Positions 1 to 12,855 of a stretch of 64,000 nucleotides of DNA are shown in pieces (the first letter of the stretch is position 1; each line of letters opens with the position of its first letter). Made by a program: the position numbers and the translations under genes. The notes below the pieces were generated by a model. The model did not search any database. It was given only the letters and a program-made list of their open reading frames with translations, and was not told where the DNA came from. The stretch is taken from the NCBI GenBank assembly GCA_964016885.1, contig OZ024742.1:150536001-150600000 (forward strand), written 5' to 3'. Source of the DNA: Eledone cirrhosa (lineage: Eukaryota).

Positions 1-858
1 AGATAAACTATTATTTTAATGCTGAATAATTATACACAGCAAAATAAAGATCAAATATAGATTAAAGTGTTATTATTATTAATCAAACCATTCAATGGAA
101 TTAATGTTGAGTAAATATAATCAGCAAAGTAAAAATCCAATATATATTAAGTGTTATCATCGGAAAAGGTACCATATATTTGAATAGAGGGAAGAAACCC
201 TTATGCTTAAGCATAAATAACTCGTTAAAGGAAAATTTATCGTTAGCTGACGATTGATACAAAATTTGTAAGAGAGTTACAAATTATTAAATGGAAAAAT
301 AAATATTTAGTAAGTCGAGATGTAATTAATTAAAAAACGTATTTAAACTTATTTAGTGTCAATGATTATAGAACTAAAGAATTATTTTTTAAATTATTTT
401 TAAAATAATATATTTACAAAACACAAATAAAATAATTTATCAATGTTACAAAAATGCTATATATTATTGAAATTTTCTTATATACATATGTTAAATAATA
501 TCAAAAGATAAAAAGTAAAACAATATACTAGTTAATTAGATATTTAATAAATTATATTACTATTGAAGATATACTACTGAAAAAAATAGAGTGAGGCAAT
601 AGTTAATATATAGTACAATATTAACACAAATAATATTAGCAAAAATAAATTCAAATAAAAGGGGGGCTTATTAAAAATAATATAATAAAATAATATAATG
701 ATATAATAGAACAATAAGATGCTTAAATGTGAAGGGGGGGGGGGGGGGGGTTATAGTAAATTGTAATCAAAATTGAAGGGATCAGAATGAGGATGTTATA
801 AGAATGCAATGATACTAATGTTATTAAAAAATAAGCTATAAATCTACATTGGTATAAG

Positions 859-1263
859 TTAGTTACTAGGTTTTAAATAGTAAAAAGAATGGTGATTAAT
901 ATGAGGACAAGTGGAAAATATCTCAGATTTCTTATATAATAAATCTAATTTAGAATAAATAATAGTATGGGACTGAAGAAGGTAGAGGTTACACAGTTTA
1001 TTGGGAGGTTTATAAGAAGTTTTTGCAACCACATTCCAGGTCAGGATGTAATGTGTAGTATTACTCTTCAGAAATGATATGAAATTAGATAAAAAGGTTG
1101 TATGCTTAAGCTTAGAGTTCTTGAAATTATGAAGATGGGAATTATACCTCGTCAAAACTATTCGATGTAGAACCGATATAGGTTTTGGAGTTGGTAGTAG
1201 TTTTGACAATGCAGGAATAAATAATATTTTTAACAAGGCAATTTCTATTAAGTGGTCATACAT
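859..1263 (-). mobile_element. Degenerate Penelope-like element, GIY-YIG endonuclease C-terminal part
   Basis: Translation RYNSHLHNFKNSKLKHTTFLSNFI..LK..WNVVAK..YKPPNKLCNL..LLYKKSEIFSTCPH parallels the endonuclease C-terminus of the PLE at 51824-52200 (RYNAH..STSLA..LK..WDIVA..CDLC). Confidence 0.7.
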
Positions 1264-1540
1264 TATTAGGCCTACAATTACAATTATAACTATTTAAAAC
1301 TATAAGCAGTTTTGAGGATACGGATGTGAAGAGATATTAAAGTTAGATATATGAAATATATATATATATAATTAAGGAGACGGTATCACAAAGGAATATA
1401 TCCAGAGTTAAATAAGGTACTCAATACATTTTTTTAAATTTAGAAATGACTTCTACAGCACTAGAACTGTTTCATTTGTATGAAATCATCGTGACCTCAT
1501 GACCGCAGAATAATGATGAAGCCATTGAAAGAATAAAGGA

Positions 1541-1555
1541 CCACACACACACACA

Positions 1556-1623
<68 letters not shown>

Positions 1624-1694
1624 TTCTCTCTCTCTCTCTCACTCTCTCTCTCTCTCTCTCTTTCTCACTCTCTTTCACACACACACACACGCAC
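1541..1694. repeat. (CA)n/(CT)n compound microsatellite
   Basis: Directly visible. Confidence 0.95.
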
Positions 1695-1899
1695 AGATAC
1701 ACATCAGCTCTGAGTAGAAGGTAAAAATGCATCGTGCAAGAAATGTCCTTTTCTTTTGTGAAGAGACAGAAACATCTGCCATGGCTAAAATAAACTTTCG
1801 TTATTGAACGCTTCGTGTTTCTTGTTTATATCCGTCATTCAGGTGACTCATCTAATTTTTAGAAACATTTTTAACAATATCGTACTTTTCAGATATGGA

Positions 1900-3070
1900 C
1901 AATGTGTGTCAACTATTTTTCCAAACTGTATTCTGAAGTAAAGTCGAACATGATTAAAACTGGTAAATCATCACCTGAAAAGAAACAGCTTCAACAGTGT
2001 AATGCTACAAAAATAATTAGAACATTAGATACCCTGTGGTGCAGTAAGAAAGAATGGTTGTGCGTCGGTATTCCAAGCAAATAGATTTTTTTGTTTCCAA
2101 TGCTTGTTATTTTCCAGGAAGTACGTTGGTAAGAATCATATATTGTGAAATAAAGGATTTAAGTAAACATGAGAAACCGACTGCTCATTATGGAAGACAA
2201 ATGTCATTTAACATATTTAACCTGACTTCCAACTATAACTTAGTGTTAGACACTTTAATGTATAGATATAAATGAGCCTTCATTGGATTCAACAGGCTTA
2301 AAGACAGAAGATATATTAGTGTAAAAGAATACATATTTAAAATCTCGACATATAAATCTGTAGAACAGATATATGATGGCATATTAGTTATGGTGGCGCA
2401 TTTAAAGGGCGTTCAAAGTAAAACAAAAGACCTCATTATCGTTATTTGCCCCATGTCATTCTCTTCTCACGTCATTTTTCTGTCACTCTGCAAAATTACT
2501 ACAATTTATCGATGAAATAATGCAAAAATACATTCCAAAGGCTGCACCAACGAAGTTCAGTTCTAATTCGAAGCCAGTGCAAATTATTTTACACGATCAA
2601 GGGATCTTCATAAAATTTAGGATTTATTTAGTTAGTAGATAAGTAAAAGTTTTTTTTTAACTAGTTACTCAAGTTGATAAACGGGCATTAGACTATTTAG
2701 AAATAATCTACGATAACTATTTCGATGTCATAAGACTTAAAATTGATCTTGCTCAAATCCATAATCCATAAGAGTTCTGGAATATATTAAATAAATATTT
2801 ATTTGTTTTCATGTTTCAAATTGTCTCCAAATAATGTTCCCTAAAGCAATAAAATTGCTGCAATTGATTTTAACAATTCCAACAACAGCTTTAAAAAGAT
2901 TTATTATATTCACAACAAATAAAATGAAAAATACAAAATTTTGTAAATTTTGCTTAATTTCTGTTGAAAAAGAAAAAAAAAATTCTAAAATGAAATATTC
3001 TTCCTCTGATAATTTCTTTGAAAAATTGACGAATCTTTTTCTAGCAAAAATGATGTACACGTACAAATAA
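1900..3070 (+). mobile_element. Degenerate hAT (ZMYM1/TTF-type) transposase remnant
   Basis: Motifs across frames: KKEWLC..FCFQCLLF and LSKHEK (TTF zinc finger), YDG..VM..HLKGVQSK, IPKAAPTKFSSN, KLLQLILTIPTT (hAT dimerisation domain). Many stops and frameshifts. Confidence 0.65.
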
Positions 3071-3237
3071 ATGCGTTTTCCTTTTGCTTTTTTCAAAATA
3101 TGTTTACATACATAGTGGTAAGGTTTGTTCTGGTTTCAATGTACCCATTAATACAAACATAATCCCAAAGAACACGTGGATTTTGTTTTTAAATGTTTGT
3201 TGCAAGGAAGGGAGGGTGTTAAATGTTGACAGGATAC

Positions 3238-3414
3238 CTTGTCCAAATGCACCCATGAGCGAGATGGTAGTGTTAAACCGGGTAACGGATTAAGTCTATC
3301 GTTCAAGAACACGAACGGTGTCTCCCATGAGGTTCTCTCTACCAAATATCCATCACAAGGATTTGGTCGACTCAAAACCATAGTAGATGATAACTTTCCA
3401 ATGTGTCCACGTAG
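3238..3414 (-). CDS. Candidate isolated internal exon (59 codons, phase 0-0), product unknown
   Basis: Acceptor tttttgcag| and donor AAG|gtatcc. 177 bp, open in only one frame (LRGHIGKLSSTMVLSRPNPCDGYLVERTSWETPFVFLNDRLNPLPGLTLPSRSWVHLDK). More GC-rich than its flanks. No family recognised. Confidence 0.35.
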
Positions 3415-4009
3415 CTGCAAAAACAAATCTCCTAACTATACAAATATGACAGTGCCTTGTTATATCTCTATGAATAATGTTTAATATCGTTTACATTAAA
3501 CATAATAATTTTTCCAATTCCAAATCGCAGCTGTTAGTTTATAATTTATTCTATAATTCGCAATCCATATATTTATCCCCCTCAACACTCCGTCTTTTCT
3601 ATGTAGCTATCACCTGCTCTCCGTTATTACAACAGTGATGAATCAATGATTTACTGCTGATTTTCTGACTGTAATTTTCTTTCATGCAATTACCATCACA
3701 TACTTCCACTCACCTACCTCTTCCCCACTTTTTTTATCTTTCGTCTTTGCTTTTTTTTTTTTGGTTAAAATAGCATTTTTATTATTTCTTACAGTAGAAT
3801 TTTGATTCTTTGCTTGCAAAGAGTAATTCATCAAAAATGCATTTTTTACAAGAACTGCAAGAATTTTAATTTGCCATGAGAACATTAAAACTTCTAAACT
3901 TTACCCACAAGTATTGAATACTCATTCAGTTAGTATTTAGATGTTTTATATATTGCGGTATTTTTTAATACTAGGGCATTTTAAGCATATCTACTTATAT
4001 ATATATATA

Positions 4010-4131
4010 GGAAAAAGTATGACCCCGACGGCAGAGCTCAAGTCGTTTCGACGTCTATTTCTGGACACCTGAGTATTGAGTACTCTGGTGCGTTATGGTC
4101 CATCTGGTTCTTTACCACAACTCCTTCGTTA
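4010..4131 (+). mobile_element. HHR mini-element family A, 5'-inverted copy in (TA)n
   Basis: Same sequence as 25539-25729, 34045-34172 and 45056-45180. Carries the 3' half of an HHR. Segment 4010-4062 is inverted relative to 4068-4131. Confidence 0.7.
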
Positions 4132-4132
4132 T

Positions 4133-4175
<43 letters not shown>

Positions 4176-4181
<6 letters not shown>

Positions 4182-5521
4182 GGTAAACATTGATGCAATT
4201 CAATTCAAGCACTCAACGTACTTTTTCCACATAGGAGTGACGGAGTAAATATCGAATAAGGAGAAGCGAAGTAGTTTCAGATGTTCAAGTCCTTTAATAA
4301 TAATGCTGTGATATATATTTCAGTGACGACACTGGCCACACTGTTCTGTGTGCGAGTGTCGTGTCATCATCAGACAGCTTGTTACATAATAAGGTTATGT
4401 TTCCGAGGCAATCCAAATTGGATCGACAAGGGAACGGATGAATTACGTGTTCTTGGGTTTTTCATCCGCTCCCTTGTGAGTACCAATTCACCCCCACCGG
4501 CCTGCGCAAGCGCATGTCCGAAGGAAGTTGACCATTCTCCACCGCAGACTTCAACGAAATTTGCTTAGTCAGTCCACCCTGTCATCCAAAACAATGGCCC
4601 ACCAATGCCTGTACCATATTTTACTGCTACCCATCACGGCTGTGGCAGTCAGCCGAGAGCCAGAGGGAATGGGAGAGTGTTAGTTTTTACAGGTCATAAT
4701 ACTACCCCTCACTAAGCGTTGACGGTACGACTGACCATCACCTTATTAGGGAAAATAAACTTATTCTAGGTATCATGGTTTTACGTTGGAAGTTAAGAGT
4801 GAGAGTTGGAAATAAAAATTAAATATCAGAAATTATAAATTAAACAATTAAGAAATTAACAATTAGAAATTAAAGAATTAAAAAAAGAATTAAACAAATT
4901 ATTTTCAGGTGATAATTCGGATTGAGGTGAGTAAAAATATAAACTGAAGTGAGTAAATAATATGGAGAGAGGTGTTTAAGTAATATGTTCTGAGAGGGAT
5001 TCTAGTGTCACAGTTACTCTATCCACATATTGAACGACGGTGTCGTAAATTATAACTACAGGGCTCCAGGCATTAGTGAATCTGGTACACAGTCCTAATT
5101 TCCATCACATGGAACAAAATCAAAGAAAAACAGACATAAAGTACACAGAAGAAAAGAACAGAACCAACAGTGAATAAATGCAAAAACACAGAGTACATAT
5201 ATGATCCATATGATTGTCCATCTGTCCATGTATAGATTGAATTGAGGGGGCCTCTGTTCAAGTGCGATTTGGTGCAGGAAAATAGGGGTTTATCCTATTA
5301 TTTGTTTCCGCGTATTTATCCTACCGAAAGTTATTATTATGTCCGTCCAATGTAAGGGGTTTCCATCCCCATGGTAGAGGGAATTTCCGGGGTAGCTTAT
5401 GGTTGGTTCCTCTCTTCTCCGCCATATCGGTTACATCGTAAAGCGCTCAACTATTGGAGCTAAATTATTAGGGTAAACATTGATGCAATTCAATTCAAGC
5501 ACTCATCGTACTTTTTCCACA
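4176..5521 (-). mobile_element. Non-coding retrozyme/PLE-like element, 1290-nt unit with ~55-bp terminal direct repeat
   Basis: TTAGGGTAAACATTGATGCAATTCAATTCAAGCACTCA.CGTACTTTTTCCACA at 4178 and 5468 (1 mismatch). (TA)n on both sides. Contains an HHR. Confidence 0.7.
4305..4378 (-). ncRNA. Type I hammerhead ribozyme motif
   Basis: GCTGT CTGATGA [stem II ..ACGACACT..AGTGTCGT..] GAAA TATATA TC ACAGC: stem I, intact core, palindromic stem III. Confidence 0.75.
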
Positions 5522-5588
5522 CATATATATATATATATAAGTGGTTACACAACAGTTAGTTTACCATACCGAGAACAATTGTTTCACC

Positions 5589-5774
5589 AATAATATTTGT
5601 GTTTTCATCAGATAAAATAGGAAGACATGATATGAAGGTTAAAAAACACTTGTGAATAGTGCAGTTTAAAAAACACTTGTGAATATGTTGATTCAAAACT
5701 GCACTATTCACAAGTGTTTTTTAACCTTCATATCATGTCTTCCTATTTTATCTGATGAAAACACAAATATTATT
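5589..5774. repeat. Fold-back inverted repeat with ~78-bp arms (5589-5667 / 5697-5774)
   Basis: The arms are reverse complements, and the right arm runs into an HHR. Confidence 0.85.
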
Positions 5775-5814
5775 GCATGATGATATTTGTTTTTGAAATG
5801 CGCATAATAAAATA
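5744..5814 (+). ncRNA. Type I hammerhead ribozyme motif
   Basis: TATTTTAT CTGATGA AAACACAAATAT-loop-ATATTTGTTTTT GAAA TGCGCA TA ATAAAATA: 8-bp stem I, 11/12-bp stem II, palindromic stem III. Confidence 0.85.
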
Positions 5815-5859
5815 CATGGAACTCTTTTAGCCATCTTTTGATCTTATATATATATATAG

Positions 5860-6668
5860 AAAACTAAGGCACTCCACTTCGCTCGCGGACTACATCACAT
5901 CACTAAAGGACTTAAACATCAGCTTCTCCACGCACTGGGAGATTGTCGGCAGGGCTGCACCGTACAACTTCAAGAGGAAATGCGATCTTTGCCTCATGGA
6001 GCTCTACCACATCATAACTGCACCCCACGAGCTCATCAACAGCAGAGCTGAAACAGCGATAAGTTTTACACATCGCTTAAAAATATCCTTCTTCAGATGG
6101 GTTAAGGATGAAGAGTGAAATAGTACACTGGATCTCCCTGCAACAAGTCTTAACACCCCGGCGGGCAGGCGCTGCAAAATAACACCCAGGAAACAATCCT
6201 TGCATACCAGACCCAGCCTCAGACAAACGGATGCGACAAAAAAAAAAAAAAAAAAAAAAATTGTCCGGGAAAGACTGCCCTAACACCGGCCAGAGTTACC
6301 TCCCTTGACCTGCTGCAAAATCAAAACAAGATATTTTTGCGAGCAATGAAACTTGATGTGGATTTAAACCCCAAAACTCTTTCCGAGCAATATAAGGAAC
6401 ACTTGTGATTATTTATGCCCTTGAGAAGCCCAACTGGGCGAAACGTACGTAGGTGATATTTTAAATAAACATATTTTAACGGTCTATTCTCCGATTTTTT
6501 ACTTTCCCACATGCTTACGCTCTGCTAACTCTCTAGCCCACTAAATATTAACACTTCGAATATTTAATACTGCCGGCACTAGTATCGAGCACATTTGGCA
6601 TACGCTACTTGGCAAATAACTATATGTATCACCTATCCCCCCTTTTTTCCTCTTTCTCGATACGTAAA

Positions 6669-6671
<3 letters not shown>
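5860..6671 (+). mobile_element. 5'-truncated PLE (GIY-YIG C-terminus plus 3' region with degenerate HHR) in (TA)n
   Basis: Translates KLRHSTSLADYITSLKDLNISFSTHWEIVGRAAPYNFKRKCDLCLMELYHII..LINSRAE. HHR-like GCCC AACT GGGC GAAA CGTACG TA at ~6428-6451. TA runs on both sides. Confidence 0.75.
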
Positions 6672-6762
<91 letters not shown>

Positions 6763-7309
6763 TTATATATATTTATATATTAAGTGTGTAAATATTTCAT
6801 AAAATTGTAGGGAACTCGAACGCAGTAATACCCGTGAAACATAAAAAAGAGTCGGATTAAACAAATCTCTTAATGAACAGAAGAGCGGTCGGACAAGAAG
6901 AGAGACAGAAAAGTCAGGAGTGAGAGAGAGAAGAAAAGAGGGAATTAAAGTGATAGAACGTATAGTGTTGGCATGAAGAAGTAATAGGATAACAGTAAAG
7001 AAAAGCAAGATTGAATAACATAAAAAAAACAACTAAAGTGTCAAATACATTGTCAGCTTTCTAGCCACATAGTTTCTTGCTGTAAGGAAGATTCATGTAT
7101 TTTAGGCTAGCCCGCGGAACAAAATCAAAATTTCTGTTGGTGTGACGCGTGTAGGTACCTACATGCTAAGGACAAGGACAAGGCTAAGGACAAACTCACT
7201 GAATTTTATTTTAAATATAATATTGATACAGATTCTAAATCAGTATTTATTGATGTAAGCAAGGTATACAGACAAGTGTCACAGAGAGTATAGAAGCATT
7301 CATAAGTTA

Positions 7310-7800
7310 TTTTGAGGATCTACAGGTTTTTAAAATGTCTCTCTTTTCTTACATTTAAAATAAGTAGTACCTCAAGCTGGACATTTGGTGAGAGCGTGGT
7401 GTGGAAAATACTCGCAGAAATATTATTTGGGGCTGACGGGGCGTGGTTGCACGGGAGAAAGTTCTTTCGAAGTTCTGAATATTAAAAAAAAATTGTTCTC
7501 TAGCTAGTTCGGTGGAAGCTTCTTAATGATTTTATTCTTGAAGAGCGCAGTCATATATTTGATCATCTTTCGTAATTATTTTCAAAGCACGAACGTCATC
7601 AACGGCTGAATTCAAAGCGAGAGTTTTGTTTTCCAATAGAGTTGTTCATATACGGGTAGAAACATTCTGCTTAGGATTGAATCCCGAATATGTTCGTCTC
7701 TGCATCTATCAGTCGTGATGCTTTACAGTTTGCAACCTAAGCAAATTTTCAGAAGAGATTTAATGCATTCAACAACAGACTCTGCGGTTTCGTAGCCTCA
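7310..7800 (-). mobile_element. Decayed Ty3/Gypsy gag remnant
   Basis: ESVVECIKSLL..C..RDEHIRDS, followed by a decayed zinc knuckle (FC..H..TKCPA..KCKKR). Confidence 0.45.
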
Positions 7801-7987
7801 TATCAGCCATTATCATGCAGTCATATAATACATGGGTAGTAGGCCAAACGATGAGAATAGATTCTCTGTAAATGAAGACACTCATTTACTAAGTGATGTT
7901 GAAATATGGAATGTAGTTTAAAAGTAAAATGAGCTAAGGAAAATATCTGAAATGAGCCAATGGCATGAGTGTGGATAATTAATTTAA

Positions 7988-8132
7988 TAATTATTTCTAC
8001 TTTAGGCACAAGGCCAGCAATTACCCAGTGCATTACTGGTACTTTATTTTATCGACCCCGTAAGGATGAAAGGCAAAGTTAACCTCAGCCGGATTTGAAC
8101 TCAGATCGTAAAGCTACTGATACTACCAATTC
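7988..8132 (-). mobile_element. tRNA-derived SINE family 1 (internally deleted)
   Basis: B-box GAGTTCAAATCC, central GGTTAACTTTGCCTTTCATCCTTACGGGGTCGATAAAATAAAGTACC and shared tail. Confidence 0.85.
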
Positions 8133-9299
8133 ATTTAATAATACATTAATTTAATGATACTGAATGCCGTACGCATAAAATTCCTAATTAATTGATAATT
8201 CCTTTAAAGAAATGGGAAGATAATTTCAAGAAATTAAAAGTTAATCTCTGAAAGTAAATTTACATGCTGAGGAGAAAGAACGTCTTGTATTGTTTTAAAA
8301 GCAAGGGATTATTAAGGACATGTTTTTGTTTCTTGTATCTTACCTGAATAGTATTGCCTCAGCAAGCCTACTTCGTCAGTTGACTTAGAATAATTGTTTG
8401 CCAATATAACTTGTATAATTAAAAAATATAAAATAATATATTCAGTGAAATAATTAAAACAGGCAATTAGCATAAATTTAAGAAATTTCAATTAATTAAA
8501 AATGTTTGCGCAAAAAATCCCTACAATTCATGCACAATAAAGTCTGTACAACAAACATGGTTTAGGGATAGAGCGTAAGAGATTTATAACTCAGAGAGGA
8601 ATAAGGTGCGTGGTCAGTGTGGAACCTCTGATATGTTGAAGGCCATAAACAGAAGAAATAATTCTCGAGCGATTTGTTCGTGTTTCATTAAATGTATTTA
8701 TGCATATATCTGCATGTTTAAAGAGCTGTTTGTAGTGCGCTATAATATTCAAATGTTTATGCATAAATATAACATCTATAGACGATCCTAATTAACTGCA
8801 TTAAAAAACCGTACTATTCTTGATTTCTATTCAATATTCACAAGGCCCAGAAATATATTTAAAAACAAAAAAGAAGAGAAATTGATTTGCAACCACTTTT
8901 CATAGGTAACCATGTATGGTGTAAAATAGAATGTTATTTTCAAAGACAAAATAATACTTTGCCTTCACGCACTGCCAACCCAAAAGCAAACAAAAAAGAG
9001 AAATAGAAAAAGGAGGATTAAAATAGTATTATCAAAAATATAAAAAAATATAACCTAGTAGAAAGTAACTGAAAAAAATACCACAAATGTTTGCTTTGGT
9101 AAATATTTATAAGATTAAAGAACAAAACAGAAAATAGAAAATAATTCAAAAGGGTGATTATTGTATTTCAATGCAACTAAAAGGGGAAGATAACTTAATG
9201 GGAAAGGGTCATCTGCAGCCAGCATCGGTTCCATCTCAGTATCAAAATACTAAGAATATGTTAATTGGTATTCATCTATCACCAACAATCATCTGCATC

Positions 9300-9890
9300 A
9301 ATTAGGAGGATGTCGAGGTCATGGACCACTGCACCTCCCTCGGAAGCTCTATTTACAGAAGTGAAGACATGGCGAAAGAAATTAATTGCAGAATAGGCCA
9401 GGTTTCGGCTGCCTTTAAGCAACTCAACAAGATCTGGAGAAGCAGAATACTTGGTACTAAGATGAGATTTTACAGCAACAATGTGTTTTAACCGCTTCGG
9501 TATAGGTGAAAAACTTGGAGTGTGAGGTTCAACCAAGAAAACCAATTAGATTCTTTTGACACTAAATGCCTACCCATATCTTGGCATCATCACCAACAGA
9601 GAAGTCCGTCAACGAACTCACAAGTAATGTGTGTCTAACATCATGTGCAAAGGTCGACTCTCAAGGGAGTACATGCTAATCAGGTCCTGTATTGTTTCTC
9701 ACATAGAAAGAGGCGGAGAGGACATCCTAAGATGATACTGGCGGTAGACAATCGACAGAATTGAAATCCATCAATAAAAGTCGGAATGATGTATTGATAG
9801 ATGTAACTAATAGTGGGTTGGAGTGCTTTGGCTGCTTCGTGTGTCAAAAAAGGCTGTAGCTTCTAAGTCTGAGGCTATGTCTAAGGCAAA
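9300..9890 (+). mobile_element. Degenerate RTE-type LINE 3' fragment
   Basis: Decayed YLGS..EINCRIG..AAFKQLNKIW, VL.YG.E.W and R.RG.PK motifs. Confidence 0.6.
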
Positions 9891-10602
9891 TGGAACAGTT
9901 GGTGGGGGTGATTAGAGAACTCAGCGGAGCGTTCTACAATCTAAATACAGATAAGGTAGAGTATTACATTATCTAATATAGTGAGTTGAAAAACCTTCGA
10001 GTAACTGAAATTATCAATGCAATTTGAAGACAGAACTCCCTCTACCACTGTTTAAAATTTAAAAACAACAAACAAGAGAAATAATGCCAGTAACCTTTTG
10101 GAAAATATAGATGATCAAATAGTAACAACTATTAAAAAGCCTCTATGTAGATGCTTGAACTACTAGAAGCAGCAGCCAAATCACCATCAAACAATTGTTA
10201 TAAATGAAGGAAGAACAGTTTTAGTCTACTGAAGCGGGGCTAACATCGAGCTAAACAATAACATTTTTGAAACAACCCAGCCAAAACCGACTCTGGTTCT
10301 ACAAAACAAAACGACTCATTTTAAAGGGCATCTATTTAAATATTTAAAAATCGTCCAATATAATTTTATATATTTATTGGTAAGCCCTCAAAATTCTTCA
10401 TTGAAATAGTGTATTTTATTTTTAAAGAAAACGGCCTGAAAGGGTTAATTAGGTCGTGCAGAGAAAATAATTTGTATGTTGATTTGAAATTGCTGCTTAT
10501 ATGAATTTTTAATCGATCAAATTTTGAAATTATTGTAGCTGTTACAGCAACTACAGATGCTTCAATTGATGTTGTTCTAAGTATTTAGAAGATTCCTGAA
10601 AT

Positions 10603-10718
10603 AATGGTTTCTGATTTAGGTACAAGGCCAACAATTTTGGAGGAGGGGAAAGTCGATTAAATCGACCCCAGTGCATTACTGGTACTTTATTTTATCGACC
10701 CCGAAAGGCAAAGCTAAC
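10603..10718 (-). mobile_element. SINE family 1, partial variant
   Basis: Shares core and tail with the other copies. Confidence 0.7.
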
Positions 10719-10805
10719 CATGAAATAATGAAGCATGATTGAAATATAATACCATGTGTGTGTGTATGTGTGTGTTTGTTTCTTTGTGGATGTTGTATGT
10801 GTGAG

Positions 10806-10858
<53 letters not shown>

Positions 10859-11075
10859 TAGAGTTGGTGTTTTGTCTCTCAAGTCTGCTGTTCTGAAACT
10901 TCCAATTCACCCCTTTCCCATCCCCATAATACATGATCTTATCAAACCTCGTTAACTAGGAGTGTTTGCTATGCAGTAAATTATATTATAATATAAGAGT
11001 AGCGTAGTATGGTGTTGATGTTAGTTTGTGTAGGTTTGAGTCATCGAAATAATTGAACAAAGCTATGACAAGCAA

Positions 11076-11260
11076 ATGATTGTTTCTACTTTTTGGCACA
11101 AGATCAGCAATTACCCAGTACATTACTGGTACTCCATTTTATGGACCCCGTAAGGATGCTAGGCAAAATTAACCTCGACAGGATTTGAACTCAGACCACA
11201 AAGGGACGTAACTCTATGCTGCAAAGCATGGCGGCCGACCCTCTACCGATACTGCCAACA
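11076..11260 (-). mobile_element. SINE family 1
   Basis: A-box TGGCAGTATCGG, B-box GAGTTCAAATCC, conserved core and tail. Confidence 0.85.
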
Positions 11261-11824
11261 TTAAAACCGAATCCACCGATCTAATATTCTAGTTATATTA
11301 TGAGTCTGCCTAGTTGAGGACATACAACACTTCCTAACATGCAGTGGTGAATCATATGTGGTGCACTGTGACAATCTGAACAAGTTGCACTTCATCCACT
11401 CTCCAGTCTATATCTCTATACCCATCATTTCTGGTGGAGGGAGGCTACCACGGAGACAGGTAAGGTGAACTTGATCAATACATGATAATTGAGGTTTTGC
11501 TGCACTTATTGCTAAATGCCGAAACGGGGTATTCTGATGGTGCCCACACGTAAAATAAATATTTCTCTGAGACGAACCTATACTGATCAACTAACTGGCA
11601 TTTAAGAAGATCTTGTGTTCATTTTTAATATACAAGTTGTTTTAAGAAAGTTTCCGTACTGCATGTGTTTAAATCCGCACTGAAAAAAATGATGGTACTT
11701 TATATACTGTACTGGAAACACAATTCTATGGAGCCCTTCTTTGCTTGAGGTCCCAAGAATTTGATTATTTTTTTTATTGGTTAATCTAGGGATGACGGTA
11801 CTGCATAAACAGGTGATAATCATC

Positions 11825-12081
<257 letters not shown>

Positions 12082-12086
12082 GTTAT

Positions 12087-12556
12087 GTCAGGTCACCAAT
12101 TGGTGCTACTGGTAACATGTATCCCAGTATAACCTGTCCCATGGTCGGGTCGTTGGCGACTAAACTGGCAACCCCAGTTTCTTGGTGAGGAGGGTGACTT
12201 TGGACATCCTGCAGGACTAAAAACAAAACCTGTCAAAGGGCAAAGGAGCTCTTAAGAGTCAATGGCCATCCAAAATCACCGGGAGAGATGACCCCTTAGC
12301 CTTTATTAAGGCAGAATTCTAGGAGAAGGAAAACTCTGATATAACACCTGCAACCCTGATGGTATCCAATGATGTTGACTTGTTCTTCTTTTTGGTAAAT
12401 ATCATCTTGGTTAAGAGAGTGGGACTGGCTTTGTGCAGTGCCTTTGCTCACTATAAAAGCTTCACGGCACAGGCATTGCTTTATATCTGGAGATCTCTCT
12501 GCACTTGTCGTCACATGGTACCATGGGCCCAGCACTATGTGTCAATAATTGTCGCA
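12087..12556 (-). mobile_element. (CATA)n-associated non-coding family D, truncated copy
   Basis: Near-identical to 16501-17108, 43846-44435 and 60473-61080. Strand inferred from the truncation pattern. Confidence 0.8.
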
Positions 12557-12855
12557 CCCTCAAAATCTTTTTTCCACTCCTGCACCTCGTTTCCTTTCTC
12601 CTTTCCTTCCTTTTCTTTCGCCTTTTTCCCCTCTTTCATTTTCTCTCTCTTTTCTTCCTCTTCCGTTTTTTCTTCCTTCCAACCTTCTCCCCTTTTCTTT
12701 CTCTCCTTCCTCGGATCTACTCTATTACTATTCACATCTATAAAATCTACCCTCACCCCATCCTCCATTCCTTCCCTTCTGGACCATTTCCGGTTTCCAC
12801 TGTCACTTAACATTGTTTTGTCTGATGATCCTATATATGTATGTATGTATGTATG

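Noticed and set aside
4178-4183. TTAGGG at the element terminus as a telomere link
   Set aside because: Single hexamer with no array.
11345-11459. Possible plus-strand exon (cag|...CAG|gtaagg)
   Set aside because: Short, no recognisable peptide, weak pyrimidine tract and no partner exons.
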